In this document: positions 10,307 through 20,612 of the stretch, in pieces
How positions within the stretch are numbered: the first letter of the stretch is position 1
How the letters are laid out: the number at the start of each line of letters is the position of its first letter
Assembly (NCBI GenBank): GCA_963803435.1
Contig: CAWDML010000008.1
Location: forward strand, 192,001 to 256,000
Source: an uncultured delta proteobacterium
GTDB lineage: Bacteria > Myxococcota > Kuafuiibacteriia > Kuafuiibacteriales > Kuafuiibacteriaceae
DNA length: 64,000 bases
Direction: 5' to 3'
Made by a program: the position numbers and the translations under genes
Notes under the pieces: generated by a model
What the model was told of the DNA's origin: nothing
The model's input: the letters and a program-made list of their open reading frames with translations, nothing else
Database searches by the model: none

Positions 10307-11660
10307 GCGCGCCGGCGTCTCCACCCGAGAACGAGAGCTCGCCGTCACCTGCCGGCTCCACCAGCGCCAGTCCTCCAGACATGGCGTTGCGACGCGACTG
10401 CATGCGTTCGATCGCCTCTCGGGCGGCTCTCGCCACGACGGTCGACGCGCCCAGCTCTCCCCTCGCGATCTCCCTGAGCGCGGGGAGCGCGTTCGGTGAG
10501 CCGAGCGCGCCCAGCGTGCGGGCGGCGTGGGTGCGGGCGTCCATCAGGCGCCTCCGCGTGTCGAGCAGGATCCGCAGGACGGCCTGCTCCATCTCCGGAT
10601 CGAGGCGCGCCCCGAGAGGTCCGGGGGTCCGCTGCGCCAGCTCGGCGGTCGCGTCGAGGATCGCGATCAGGTTCTCCGACTGGGTGGCGCCCGGCTTCCT
10701 GAGCAGCGCGAGCAGCGCATCTCGTCCGCCGTGCTCGGCGGTCCAGGCGAGCGCGCGGGCCGCGAACTTGCCATAGAACGATCGGGACGCCTCCAGCAGC
10801 AGCGGAAGCATCTCCTCGCTCGGCTCGTGCTCGAGCAGCTCGGCGAACGCGGTGATGCGCTCCTCATCGGCGCTGGCCGCCAGCCGCGCCAGCCGCTTCA
10901 GGTGATCGCGGGCGACGCGCGCGCCCAACTTGATCGCCGCGAACAGAGCGTTGGGCACATGGGGATCGTCGAGCGCCAGCCAGAGCGCGCGCTGAGTCTC
11001 GTCGTCGTGCGGGCGATGCTCGGCCAGGAGCTCGAGCGCGCGCAGGCGCACGAACGGGTTCTGATCGGTGGTGGCGATGTCGAGCAGCCGCTGGCCGTAC
11101 GGCGTGTCCGCAGCCAGCCGGCCGGCGGCCTCGAGGAGCTGCCGGAACGCGCGTTCGATCGCGGGCGCGCGGGAGGCGGTCAAAACGGCCGACACCCTGC
11201 CGTTCTCGACGCGCACGCGCCCGAGCTCGAGGAAGGTGCGGCGCACGCTTGCGTCGAGGAGCGCGCCGGCGCCCACCACCGGCGCGTGGACGGCGAATCG
11301 ATCGTCGAAGAATCGATCCTGCGTCCGCGTGAGGCCGTGCGCGGCGCCCGCGTCGAGGGCGCGGGTGCGCAGGGGGCGGGGCGCCCGTCGAACGGTGATC
11401 CGGAGCCAGTCAGGGATGCGCCCGCGAGAGTCGATGACGAAGCGGTGTCGGTCGCCGTCGTCCTCCTCGATCTCGACCGCGAACCCGTCGAGATTGCCGC
11501 ACGCGCCGGCGAACGAGTTGGAGAGACCGAGCCGCTCGGCGACCGTGCGCAGGCGACCGGGATCCGGGAGCGCGGCGACGCTCCGGCTGCGCAGGCGCAG
11601 GCGCCGGTGCGAGAGCGCACCCGCCAGGCCCGCGATCAGGAGGACGAGGAGGACCTCCAT
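10275..11660 (-). CDS. Membrane-anchored HEAT-repeat protein
   Basis: MEVLLVLLIAGLAG anchor; HEAT-like units (VRLRALELL, AARTLGALGSPNALPAL); C-terminal GGLAL..GELS..GALS tail. Confidence 0.75.
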   Translation of the reverse strand: MEVLLVLLIAGLAGALSHRRLRLRSRSVAALPDPGRLRTVAERLGLSNSFAGACGNLDGFAVEIEEDDGDRHRFVIDSRGRIPDWLRITVRRAPRPLRTRALDAGAAHGLTRTQDRFFDDRFAVHAPVVGAGALLDASVRRTFLELGRVRVENGRVSAVLTASRAPAIERAFRQLLEAAGRLAADTPYGQRLLDIATTDQNPFVRLRALELLAEHRPHDDETQRALWLALDDPHVPNALFAAIKLGARVARDHLKRLARLAASADEERITAFAELLEHEPSEEMLPLLLEASRSFYGKFAARALAWTAEHGGRDALLALLRKPGATQSENLIAILDATAELAQRTPGPLGARLDPEMEQAVLRILLDTRRRLMDARTHAARTLGALGSPNALPALREIARGELGASTVVARAAREAIERMQSRRNAMSGGLALVEPAGDGELSFSGGDAGALSSSAGDPHV

Positions 11661-11780
11661 CTTCCCCACGATACTGACGGCGAGGGCGTATGCGCATCCT
11701 CCAGCGATCTCCGCGATTTGCCGCGAGAACCACTCGCCGGATGCCGCGGTCGCCCGGGGTGTGGTCCGATGTAGGCCGCC

Positions 11781-14474
11781 GTGCGCACCGTCGACCCGCG
11801 GATCGCGATCGCGCTGATCCTGTTCTCGTACCTGGCGCTCGGCTTCACGGTGCTCGGCTTCAACCGGTCGCCGCTGCAGGCGGTCATCACGACCGTCTCG
11901 GCCTGCGCGCTCGAGGTCGTTCTCCACCGGCTCCTCAAGAAGAAGTGGCTGGTCCCGCTCTCGGCGCTGATCACCAGCTTCTCCCTCTCGATCCTGCTCG
12001 ACTACTCGCACGACTACTTTCTGCTGCTGGTACCCGTGTTCTTCGCCATCGGGAGCAAGTACGTGCTCACGTTCGACGGCCGCCACCTCTTCAATCCGGC
12101 GCTCAGCGGTGTCGTCTTCTCTCTGCTCTTCGCGAGCAGCCTCATCAGCGCCGCGCCCGCCTATCAGTGGAACGGCATCGGGGCGATGTCGGTCTTCATG
12201 GTGACGCTGGCGCTGGTCTTCCTGCTGCCCCAGGTCCGCCGGGGCGCGCTGGTCATCAGCTTTCTGCTCACCTTCACGGTGCTGACCGCCCTGCGCGCGT
12301 GGGTGATGCGCTGGCATCTCCCCTTCGAGACCCTCTTCCTCGGCACGCTGAGCTCGCCCGCCTTCTTCCTGTTCACGTTCTTCATGATCACGGATCCGGC
12401 GACCTCACCGCCGCGGCAAAAGCACCAGATCATCCTGGGAATCGCGCTCGCGATGGTCGATCTCGCGTATCACGTGAAGCAGAGCTACTTCACGTTCTTC
12501 TACGCGGCGTTCACCATCTCCTGCGCGCGCCTGCTGTTCCTTCACGCGCGCGCGGCGCTCCGCGAGGGGCCGCGCGCCTGGCTCACCGGTCGCCTCCTTC
12601 GCTCGGGATACTGGCGCCGGCCGGCCCTGCTGGGCGCGCTGGCGGCGATGTCGGTCGGCGGGTACCGGGCGGCGATCCAGCCGCGGCTCGAGCTCTCCGA
12701 GGTCACCTTCCACTTCGAGGCGATCCCGGCCGAGCGCTCCGGGATCGCGCCGCGAATGGGCGATGTCCTGGAGGAGACGGATCCGCGCATCCATCACCTC
12801 GCCAAGTGGCTCTTCTCGGTCGGCGACGCCGTGGCCGCCGGTGACTTCGACAACGACGGCCGCCAGGATCTGTTCTTCACCTTCATCTTGAAGGACGGCC
12901 GTGCTCGGAACTCGCTGTACCGAAACCTGGGCGACTTCCGGTTCGAGCGCGTCGAGCTGCCGGCGATCGCGAGGAAGAGCGCGGAGCCGAAGCGGTACGG
13001 TGTGCCCTCGAGCGCGATGTTCGTCGACTACGACTCCGACGGGGATCGCGATCTGTTCATCACGTACGCCGGCGGCACTCCGGTCCTGCTCAGGAATCGT
13101 CTGGTGGAGGATGGCACGGCCGGCTTCGAGGACGTCACGGAAGCGCTCGGTCTCGCCACCTGGTCGAACGCGATGACGGCCAACTTCCTCGACGTCGATC
13201 GCGACGGGCGCCTCGATCTGATCGTCGGTAACGTCCTCCCGGATCACCTGCCGCACTACGACCATCCGGCGCGCCTCGATCTGTTCCACCTGCCTCCGCC
13301 CGAGTACCCCGGCGACGAGCGCATGTTCGACTTCATGCACTCGAGCTGGCACATGTCCGACAACGGTGGAATCAACGATCTGTACCTCCAGCGCGACGGA
13401 CGCTTCGAGCGCGTCGACGCGGCGGCGTTCGGGCTCCCCGAGACCATGTGGTCGCTGTCGATCGGCACCGGCGATCTCAACCACGACGGCTTCACGGATC
13501 TCTACGTCGCCAACGACTTCGGGCCCGACGACCTCTACCTCAACGACGCCGGCCGGCGCTTCGTGAGCCACAAGGGGAGCATGTTCGGGAGCATCGGCAA
13601 GGACACCTACAAGGGCATGAACGCGTCGGTCGGCGACGTGAACAACGACGGCTGGCTCGACGTCTACGTGTCGGACGTCCACCACGCGCTCCAGGCCGAG
13701 GGCAGCCTCCTGTGGATGTTCTCGGCCTCCGACGATCCGTTCCGCCCGCACATCGAAGACCGCGCCACGCAGATGGGCGCGCTCAACGAGGAACGGTTCG
13801 GTTGGGGCGCCACCTTCGCCGACTTCGACAACGACGGGTGGCTCGACATCATCCAGGCGAACGGCATGGTCGACGACTCCATCGACAAGCGCTTCGACGA
13901 GTGCCCGGACTACTGGTACGTCAACGAGAAGATCGCGCGCTCCCCGCCGTCGATCCACCGCTACGCAGACAAGTGGGGCGACATTCGCGGCTTCTGCATC
14001 TATCCCAACGAGCCGGATCGGCTGCTCCTCAATCGGCCCACCCCGAGCGGCCGCCGTTTCGTCGACGTCGCGGACCGGGTCGGCCTGACGCTCCGCGCGA
14101 ACACACGCGGTACCTCGGCCGTCGACCTCGACGACGACGGCCGCCTCGACCTCGTGATCACGAACCAGTTCGGAGCGCCCGCGATCTACCGGAACGTCTC
14201 GCCGCTCCCGGCGGGCTGGGTCGGCTTCGAGCTCTCGGGCGACGGCGTGACCTGCAACCGAGACGCCGCCGGAACCACCGTGCGCCTCGGCGATCAGATG
14301 CGCGAGGTCCAGGTCGTCACCGGCTTCGCCAGCCAGAACGATCGCCGCGTCCACTTCGGCCTCGGCCTCCGCGCCGAGCCCATCTCGATCGAGGTCACCT
14401 GGTGCGGCCGCGAGACCCGCCACTACGGTCCGTTCGAGCCCAATCGGTACTACGCGATCATCAGGTCGCGCTGA
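11781..14474 (+). CDS. UnbU/RnfD-like membrane domain fused to CRTAC1/ASPIC-UnbV FG-GAP propeller
   Basis: N-terminal ~290 aa polytopic with RHLFNPA and FFMITDPATSP; many DxDxDGxxDL repeats, LYVANDFGPD; C-terminal GFASQNDRRVHFGLG (ASPIC/UnbV). Confidence 0.85.
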   Translation: MRTVDPRIAIALILFSYLALGFTVLGFNRSPLQAVITTVSACALEVVLHRLLKKKWLVPLSALITSFSLSILLDYSHDYFLLLVPVFFAIGSKYVLTFDGRHLFNPALSGVVFSLLFASSLISAAPAYQWNGIGAMSVFMVTLALVFLLPQVRRGALVISFLLTFTVLTALRAWVMRWHLPFETLFLGTLSSPAFFLFTFFMITDPATSPPRQKHQIILGIALAMVDLAYHVKQSYFTFFYAAFTISCARLLFLHARAALREGPRAWLTGRLLRSGYWRRPALLGALAAMSVGGYRAAIQPRLELSEVTFHFEAIPAERSGIAPRMGDVLEETDPRIHHLAKWLFSVGDAVAAGDFDNDGRQDLFFTFILKDGRARNSLYRNLGDFRFERVELPAIARKSAEPKRYGVPSSAMFVDYDSDGDRDLFITYAGGTPVLLRNRLVEDGTAGFEDVTEALGLATWSNAMTANFLDVDRDGRLDLIVGNVLPDHLPHYDHPARLDLFHLPPPEYPGDERMFDFMHSSWHMSDNGGINDLYLQRDGRFERVDAAAFGLPETMWSLSIGTGDLNHDGFTDLYVANDFGPDDLYLNDAGRRFVSHKGSMFGSIGKDTYKGMNASVGDVNNDGWLDVYVSDVHHALQAEGSLLWMFSASDDPFRPHIEDRATQMGALNEERFGWGATFADFDNDGWLDIIQANGMVDDSIDKRFDECPDYWYVNEKIARSPPSIHRYADKWGDIRGFCIYPNEPDRLLLNRPTPSGRRFVDVADRVGLTLRANTRGTSAVDLDDDGRLDLVITNQFGAPAIYRNVSPLPAGWVGFELSGDGVTCNRDAAGTTVRLGDQMREVQVVTGFASQNDRRVHFGLGLRAEPISIEVTWCGRETRHYGPFEPNRYYAIIRSR

Positions 14475-14635
14475 CGGGCCAACCCACCGTCACCCCACCC
14501 GAGGCGGTGACCGGCCACACGGTCGCCGTCACGGCGAGGGTCACGCGCCCACCGACACGGCACACGAAACACGAACACCGTTCACTGACCACGATCCGGA
14601 CGGCGTGCGCCGCCGGCGTGCGTCGGGCCTGCGGG

Positions 14636-17107
14636 TCACTTCGGCGTGAGCGCGCCGCCCGAGAAGCCCTCGCCGCCCAGGTAGATGTACACGCGGTCGC
14701 CGACGCCGACGACCAGGTCCTCGAGCCCGTCGTCGTCGATCCGGGCGGCCTGGACGCGGGCGCCGGCGCTCTGGCTGATCGCGCGCGTCGCGATCTGATC
14801 GATCGCGGCCACGGTCCGTCCGGAGTCGCCGCCGAGCTTGACCACGTAGAGCCCGCCGGTGGCCAGGACGGCGAGCTGGGGGCCGGCGACCGCCGTGAGG
14901 TCGATCGGCGCCGACTCGAGCGGGATCTCGATCGGTTGCGTGCGGGCGAAGCCGTCGCCGTCGTCGCCGGTGCCGAAGGCGACGGAGATCGCAGGTCGAT
15001 CCCCGCCGAAGGCCAGCACCAGGTCGGGGTGGCCGTCGCGATCGACGTCGAGGAGCTCGGTGCGGAGGAGCGCGGTCCGATCTCCGATCAGGGTGGCGTT
15101 CACCGGAGTGCAGGTCAGCTTGCCGGCGGCGAGCGCGAGGACGGCCACCCTCGGCGGACCGGGATCGTCGGCACACGACAGAGAGCGATCGGCGAGCACG
15201 GCCTCGTCGGGGCCGCCGGTCACCAGATCGCCGACCTCGAGGCGAGCGCAGCGGCGCTGAAGCGCCGCGCGCCGAAAGTCGCACAGGCCGTCGGAGGCGG
15301 TGCTCGCCTCGACGTCCTGAACCAGCGCCCCGAGGAGGCGAAAGCGGGACCCGTCGCGGTTCGGGATCATCCAGACCTGGCCCTCGAGCGTCAGCGCGAT
15401 CAGGTCCGGCTCTCCCGGGGGGACCGCGTCGAAGTTGCCGAGGCGGACCAGGTAGGGGGTGCCGAAGCCGTGCGTTGCCGAGAAGAAGGGGATCGGCGAC
15501 TGGAGGCGACGCCGGCCGCTCCCCACCAGGATCGAGGCATAGGAGGGCTGTCTTCCGCCGGGCTCGGTGACCTCCACGAGGAGGTCCGCGATGCGATCCG
15601 GGTTCCAGGGCGTGGGAGAGAGGAACTCGCTGGCGCTCAGGTTCGTGACCTCCGGGAAGCGCGCCATGAAGATCGGATCCCCGGGCGGGCCGCTGCGCTC
15701 CGCGAACACCACATAGACGTCGTCGGTGGGGAGCCTCGTGCCGTCCTGCGTGCGGACGATCGCGGCGAGGTCGTCCACGCGATCGCCGTCGAAGTCGCCG
15801 GCCGCGATCTCGCGTGCCGGCGCGGGCAGCGGTAGGTCGACGCGATTGAAGGTGAACGCGTCGGCCCGGTACATCAGCGCGGCGCCGGCCGAGCGATCGT
15901 CGGCGACGACGGCGTCGAGCATGCCGTCGCCGTCGAAGTCGGCAACGGCGGCGTGCGTCCAGGTGGTGGGTCCGCTGGTGGCGATCGGAACGAACGCGGA
16001 CCCCGGCGCGGTGCTGGTGACGATCGCGCGCGGAAACACGATCAGGGCCGAACCGTTCCGGCCACGCGCCGCCAGCGGCCAGGTCTCGAGGCGTGCCTCT
16101 TCGCGGGGAGCCGCGAGGCCCGCGCCGGTGCCGGCGAAGAGGACGAAGTGATGATCGAGGCCGTCGCGCGCGGAGACGAGAACGTCGTTCTTGCCGTCGC
16201 CGTCGAGATCCACGACCCGGGCGCCGTCAGCGTCGATCGTGCCGTAGACACCGAGCGCGTGCGCCTCGAGCGTGGCCGTGGCGGTCGTCGAGCGGCCTCT
16301 GACGCGTCCGAGCCAGAGCCGGTCGGAGTCTTCGAGGGCGAGCACCAGCACCTCCTCGTCGCCGTCGTTGGAGAGCTGGACGACCTCGGCGCTGGCGATC
16401 GCCGTTCCGGGCGACGCGCTCTCGGCGACCGAGCCCGGGTCGAAGGCGAGGTGGATGCGGTGGCCGGCGAGCCAGACGGCGAACGGAGCGCCGCGCGCCG
16501 CCAGCAGGCGGGCGTCGTCGGCGCCGCTTCCCCCGAGGTCCTCGAGAACGATCTGCGGGTGGGCCACCGGGATCAGGCGTCGCTCGCTCTGACCGAGGAA
16601 CGCCTCCACCCCGAGATAGTATGGGATCAGGAGGTCCGGGATCCCGTCCCCGTCCACGTCCCCGAGCGTCCGCTCCCCGAGCGGCGTGTCGATCGCGATC
16701 GAGAAGCTCTCCCGGTAGGTGCCGTCGCCGAGACCGTAGCGGACCTCGATGCGATCGGCCGAGCCGCCGATCAGGTCTTCGATGCCGTCGTGGTCCAGGT
16801 CGGCGGTGGCCAGATCGAACGCCTCGAGCGTCAACGGTGAGTCGAGCGACTCGGCGTAGGTCCCGGACGGTAGCCGGCAGATTCCGTCACGGCCGCAGGT
16901 GCGGATCCCGGGACAGCTGGGGTTCTTCGGGTTGCAGGTGTAGCGGCATTCGGAGCCGCACTCGAAGTCACTCCCGAACTGCGAGAAGCGATCGCAGTCC
17001 TCGCCCGGCTCGACGACGCCGTTACCGCAGCTGTTCGGCGTGAGCTCGGGGAGCTGATGGCACGCCGTCAGCACGAACGCTCCCAGTGCGACGGTGGCCG
17101 AGCGCAT
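14636..17107 (-). CDS. FG-GAP/VCBS-repeat lipoprotein
   Basis: Lipobox VLTAC, CGNGVVEPGEDCD cysteine-rich motif, multiple DLDxDGxxDL repeats. Confidence 0.85.
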   Translation of the reverse strand: MRSATVALGAFVLTACHQLPELTPNSCGNGVVEPGEDCDRFSQFGSDFECGSECRYTCNPKNPSCPGIRTCGRDGICRLPSGTYAESLDSPLTLEAFDLATADLDHDGIEDLIGGSADRIEVRYGLGDGTYRESFSIAIDTPLGERTLGDVDGDGIPDLLIPYYLGVEAFLGQSERRLIPVAHPQIVLEDLGGSGADDARLLAARGAPFAVWLAGHRIHLAFDPGSVAESASPGTAIASAEVVQLSNDGDEEVLVLALEDSDRLWLGRVRGRSTTATATLEAHALGVYGTIDADGARVVDLDGDGKNDVLVSARDGLDHHFVLFAGTGAGLAAPREEARLETWPLAARGRNGSALIVFPRAIVTSTAPGSAFVPIATSGPTTWTHAAVADFDGDGMLDAVVADDRSAGAALMYRADAFTFNRVDLPLPAPAREIAAGDFDGDRVDDLAAIVRTQDGTRLPTDDVYVVFAERSGPPGDPIFMARFPEVTNLSASEFLSPTPWNPDRIADLLVEVTEPGGRQPSYASILVGSGRRRLQSPIPFFSATHGFGTPYLVRLGNFDAVPPGEPDLIALTLEGQVWMIPNRDGSRFRLLGALVQDVEASTASDGLCDFRRAALQRRCARLEVGDLVTGGPDEAVLADRSLSCADDPGPPRVAVLALAAGKLTCTPVNATLIGDRTALLRTELLDVDRDGHPDLVLAFGGDRPAISVAFGTGDDGDGFARTQPIEIPLESAPIDLTAVAGPQLAVLATGGLYVVKLGGDSGRTVAAIDQIATRAISQSAGARVQAARIDDDGLEDLVVGVGDRVYIYLGGEGFSGGALTPK

Positions 17108-17145
17108 GCACTTGATTCGCCGAAGCCGGACCCGAGATCAAGCGC

Positions 17146-17724
17146 TCACGAGTCCGTGCGGGGACGCGCGGCCGCCACCCAGGCGCGGAGCTGCACCACG
17201 TGCTCGCGCGCAATGTGTGCCTCGCGGGCTCGTCCGAGCCGCTCGAGCGTTCGCGCCCGCGCCGCTTCGATGTCGATGAGCTCCAGCATGTCGCCGAGCA
17301 TTCGCCGCTGCTTGGGCCCGGACAGCGCCAGCCGGCGGGCAGCGTCGTAGTCCGCGAGCGCCTCACGGTCGCGCTCCGTCTCCTCGCGGATGGCGCCGCG
17401 CATCATGAAGACCTCGATCGTCGGCTGTCCGTGCTTGAGGTAGCTCGAGAAGTGGGCCTCGGCCAGGCCCAGCTCGCCCATCGCGAGCTGGATGCGGCCG
17501 CGCGTCAGCGCGATCGAGGCGTCCTTGGGCGCGAGCGCGGTGGCGAGATCGCAGTCCACCAGCGCCTCGTCGAAGCGCCCCAGCGCGAGCAAGGCTTCGG
17601 CGTGATCGAGCCTGAGACCCACGTCCTCGGGGCGCTCGCGGAGCTGGTCGTCGATCTCGGCGACTTCCTGTGCTCGCGCGAGGGCGGGGAAGAGGAGGAG
17701 CGCGATCGCGACGGCCATCCGCAT
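17146..17724 (-). CDS. Exported TPR protein
   Basis: Signal peptide; TPR pattern AEALLALGRFDEALVDCDLATALAP..RGRIQLAMG. Confidence 0.8.
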   Translation of the reverse strand: MRMAVAIALLLFPALARAQEVAEIDDQLRERPEDVGLRLDHAEALLALGRFDEALVDCDLATALAPKDASIALTRGRIQLAMGELGLAEAHFSSYLKHGQPTIEVFMMRGAIREETERDREALADYDAARRLALSGPKQRRMLGDMLELIDIEAARARTLERLGRAREAHIAREHVVQLRAWVAAARPRTDS

Positions 17725-17764
17725 CGAGGCGGTAGAAAACGCAACCGGGACCAAAGCGCAAGCG

Positions 17765-19474
17765 TCAGCGATCGGTGTGATTGGCGACGGTGCTCGGGAA
17801 CGGGAGCCCGGGCAGTCCGTGGGAGCGCAGCTCGCGATCGACCTCGCGGAGTGGCGCGAGCCAGGCCGGCATCCAGGCTTGGATCCAGTCGGCCGTCTTT
17901 CCCCCGTAGAACATGTGATCGAGTCGCGAGACCGTCCGCATGAAGCGCTCGATCGTCGGATCCTGGGCCTTTCGCGGATCGGAGGTGTCGTCCGCCGGGC
18001 GGACCAGCGGGGAGACGCCCCAGAGCCGGAAGAACGCGATCACGGGCGGCGGCGTGACGGACGCGACCAGCCGATCGAACGTCTCCAGGCTCCGAACGGC
18101 GGCCTCCAGCGTGACCACGCTCTGCTCGAGGATCTGCTCCTGGATCGCCGAGCTCGCCAGCGCCTGCGCCATCTCGGTCCGGGTCGGCTGTACCAGCGCT
18201 GAGGGATCGACCGGCCCCGAGCCGCTGACGTAGACCCGATACCGATCGGGATCCTGCTCCGACGTTCGATCGACGCTCTCCGGAAACACCCTCCCGAACG
18301 CCGCTCGCTGCCGCATCAAGGCCGGTCCCAGGCGCTTGCCCACCGGATGCGTGGTGAGCTCCGGCTTCGTCGGGTCGCCCGCGATCTGCTCGACGACGAC
18401 CTGATAGCGGCCCCTCGGTACGCGGGTGTGGATCCCGGCCGGTCCCGCCACGCCCTCGGACCGATCGACCTCGACCTTCCGGCCGCCGGCGCCCAGCTGG
18501 TAGAGCGTCACGGCGAACCGCTTCCCCGGCGTGACCTGCGAGCACCCGATCGTGAGCCACTGATCGTGCTTGCTCTCGAACCGGTACGTATCCTGATCCC
18601 CGCGCTTGGCGGTGCCCTCCACGCCGAAGAACGCGTCCTTCGAGGTGTGGTTGGCAGCGTAGGCCTCGCCGTAGATCTCGAAGAGCGGGCGCTCGTCTCC
18701 GTTCGTCCCTGTCTTGGTGACCTCGGCGCCGAACGCGTCTTTCCAGGCGCCGCCCTCTACGAAGCGGCGGTAGTTGGACGTGCCGTTGCTGCCGTCGGCG
18801 CCCAGCGCCCAGAAGAGCTCCGACGGGGGACCGAGGAAGGCGAGGGTGTTGCCGGGGAGCAGCTCGTAGTTGTGCTCGCCGGTCCGCTTCAGGCCGGCGG
18901 TGCTGGCGTGGTCGAGCGGCGAGACCTTACCGAGCCAGGCGCCGACGGAGTCCAGCGTTTGAAAGCCCGCGAGCAGCGAGCTCGGGCTTCCGGGATGATT
19001 GTCGAGCGGGCCGTAGATCGACGGGGGTCCCCAGAGTCCGTTGGGACCTGCGTGGTCGAGGGCGCGGCGGGCCAGCGTGCGGAAGCGCTGGTAGCTGGCG
19101 GCGAACTGGGGATCGACACGATCGAGGTCGGCGAGCGTCCGAATCGATCGCGTCGAGGGCGCCCAGCACGCGGTCCGTCGTCACGACCGGCGCGCCGTGC
19201 TTGCCCCAGCGTCCGACGGCCAGGCCCAGGACCACCGCATGCACCGCTCGGTGGGCGATTTGCCGGTCGAGCGTGGCGTGCCCGAGGAGCGCCGGGAGCT
19301 CGTTGAGGATGGCCGCGCGGGTCGCCGGCAGTCCGAGCTCGAGGCCAGCCAGCTTCTTCCAGGCGGGGGAAGATCGAAGGCGCCGACCACCGGCGGGCGG
19401 GTATCCGGCGAGGTGGGCTCGAGATCCAGCGGTCGGGTCCCGGCCGTACCGTCCTTCCTGCGAAGGGGCTCCAC
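17765..19474 (-). CDS. Orphan protein (~570 aa) with two apparent frameshifts (~19365, ~19145); possible PPC-like beta domain
   Basis: The frame of ORF 17765..18622 stays open up to ~19145 (RTLADLDRVDPQFAASYQRFR..). Single-base indels join it to VLGALDAID and to VEPLRRK..AFDLPP. Confidence 0.6.
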
Positions 19475-19633
19475 GCGGGGATTATCGCCGATGCGGAGTC
19501 GCGGGGTGCCCCGCCGCGTGACGTAGTTCCCAGACCGTGAGGACTAGGAGCGTGTAGCGCGTAAGCACTCACGCGACCCCGGTCCGGGTCCCGGTCCCGG
19601 TCCGGGTCCCGATCTGAAGATGGCTGCCTTGAG

Positions 19634-20120
19634 TCAGACGCTCGCGACGGTCGCGAGCTTCGATCGGTAGAGCTTGAGCAGGTTGTGGGTGAGGCAGACG
19701 AGCGTCCCCTCGGCTCGTACCTTGAAGAAGGAGCGTAGCGAGAACCGGCGGAATCCTCGTGCCCCTTTGATCGATGAGGACGGAGTCGACGCGTCTTGGT
19801 TCTGTTCGCGTCCAACCGCGATGTGGGCATCGATCTGATTGTTGTCGCAGAATTCGATGTTGGTCGCGCTCAGATAGCCGTTGTCTGCCGTCATCTTCCG
19901 CGGAGCATCGCCGCAGTTGCCGAACACATCACGGAGCATCGGGACGAGGTGTTGCTGATCAGGTGCCTGGTTGCTGACCCCTTCGGCGACAATCACCTGA
20001 GCGTGCTCATCTACGACAACTTGGGCATTGTAGGCCTGGAGGTACGCTCCCTCCTTCAACATGATCCTGCTGTCTGAGTCGGTGAAGTTCCTCTGAGCGT
20101 TGGGCCTCGGTGTGCCGTCC
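19634..20120 (-). pseudogene. IS1182-family transposase C-terminal fragment
   Basis: NFTDSDSRIM, QAYNAQ, TADNGYLS, GFRRFSLR, LVCLTHNLLKL; 120-bp deletion relative to copy 2; N-terminal half missing. Confidence 0.9.
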
Positions 20121-20225
20121 AAGTCCAGGCGTCGACGTCGATCCGCCCAACGATCGATTCCAGACGAAACGACCTCCAAGAACCTCTGCTGGTCAAAGTG
20201 GATGAGCTACCGCAAGCTAGCTTGC

Positions 20226-20530
20226 ATGGTCACTTTCGATCACGAGAAGCTCGAGGCCTTCCAGCTCGCCGTCGAGTATGCCGGCATCGCTGAAGAGATC
20301 GCACAAGAACTGCAACCCGGTCACGCTCACGATCCGCGATCAGCTTCGGCGGGCATCCGATTCCATCGTGAACAACACCGCCGAGGGCGCCGGAGAGTTC
20401 ACTCCACACCTGCTTGAGGCGCCGACTCGCCAACGAGCAGAAGGTCCAAGCCGCCAGAGCCAAGCTCAAGCGCGTTGTCGAGATGCTCACGCGCCTCATC
20501 AAGTCGATGAACGCACGCCGGGCTGCATGA
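20226..20530 (+). pseudogene. Four-helix-bundle protein (TIGR02436/23S-IVP/Avd-like), frameshifted and internally deleted
   Basis: MVTFDHEKLEAFQLAVEY../IRDQLRRASDSIVNNTAEGAGEF../..LKRVVEMLTRLIKS. Confidence 0.85.
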
Positions 20531-20612
20531 TCGCCATCGGGACCGGGACCGGGACCGGGACCGGGACCGGGCTCGCGGTAGCGCTACGCGCTACACGCTC
20601 CTAGGTGATCTC

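Larger units (their letters stand above)
19544..20604. mobile_element. Internally deleted IS1182-family element (copy 1) with four-helix-bundle passenger
   Basis: Perfect 20-bp inverted ends CTAGGAGCGTGTAGCGCGTA, extending imperfectly to ~70 bp through (CCGGTC)n hexamers; transposase fragment plus four-helix gene inside. Confidence 0.9.

Noticed and set aside
11781-14474. Enediyne biosynthetic cluster
   Set aside because: No iterative PKS, thioesterase or E3/E4/E5-like cassette in the window
20226-20530. Avd-like gene as part of a diversity-generating retroelement
   Set aside because: No reverse transcriptase and no TR/VR pair with adenine-specific mismatches seen in the window
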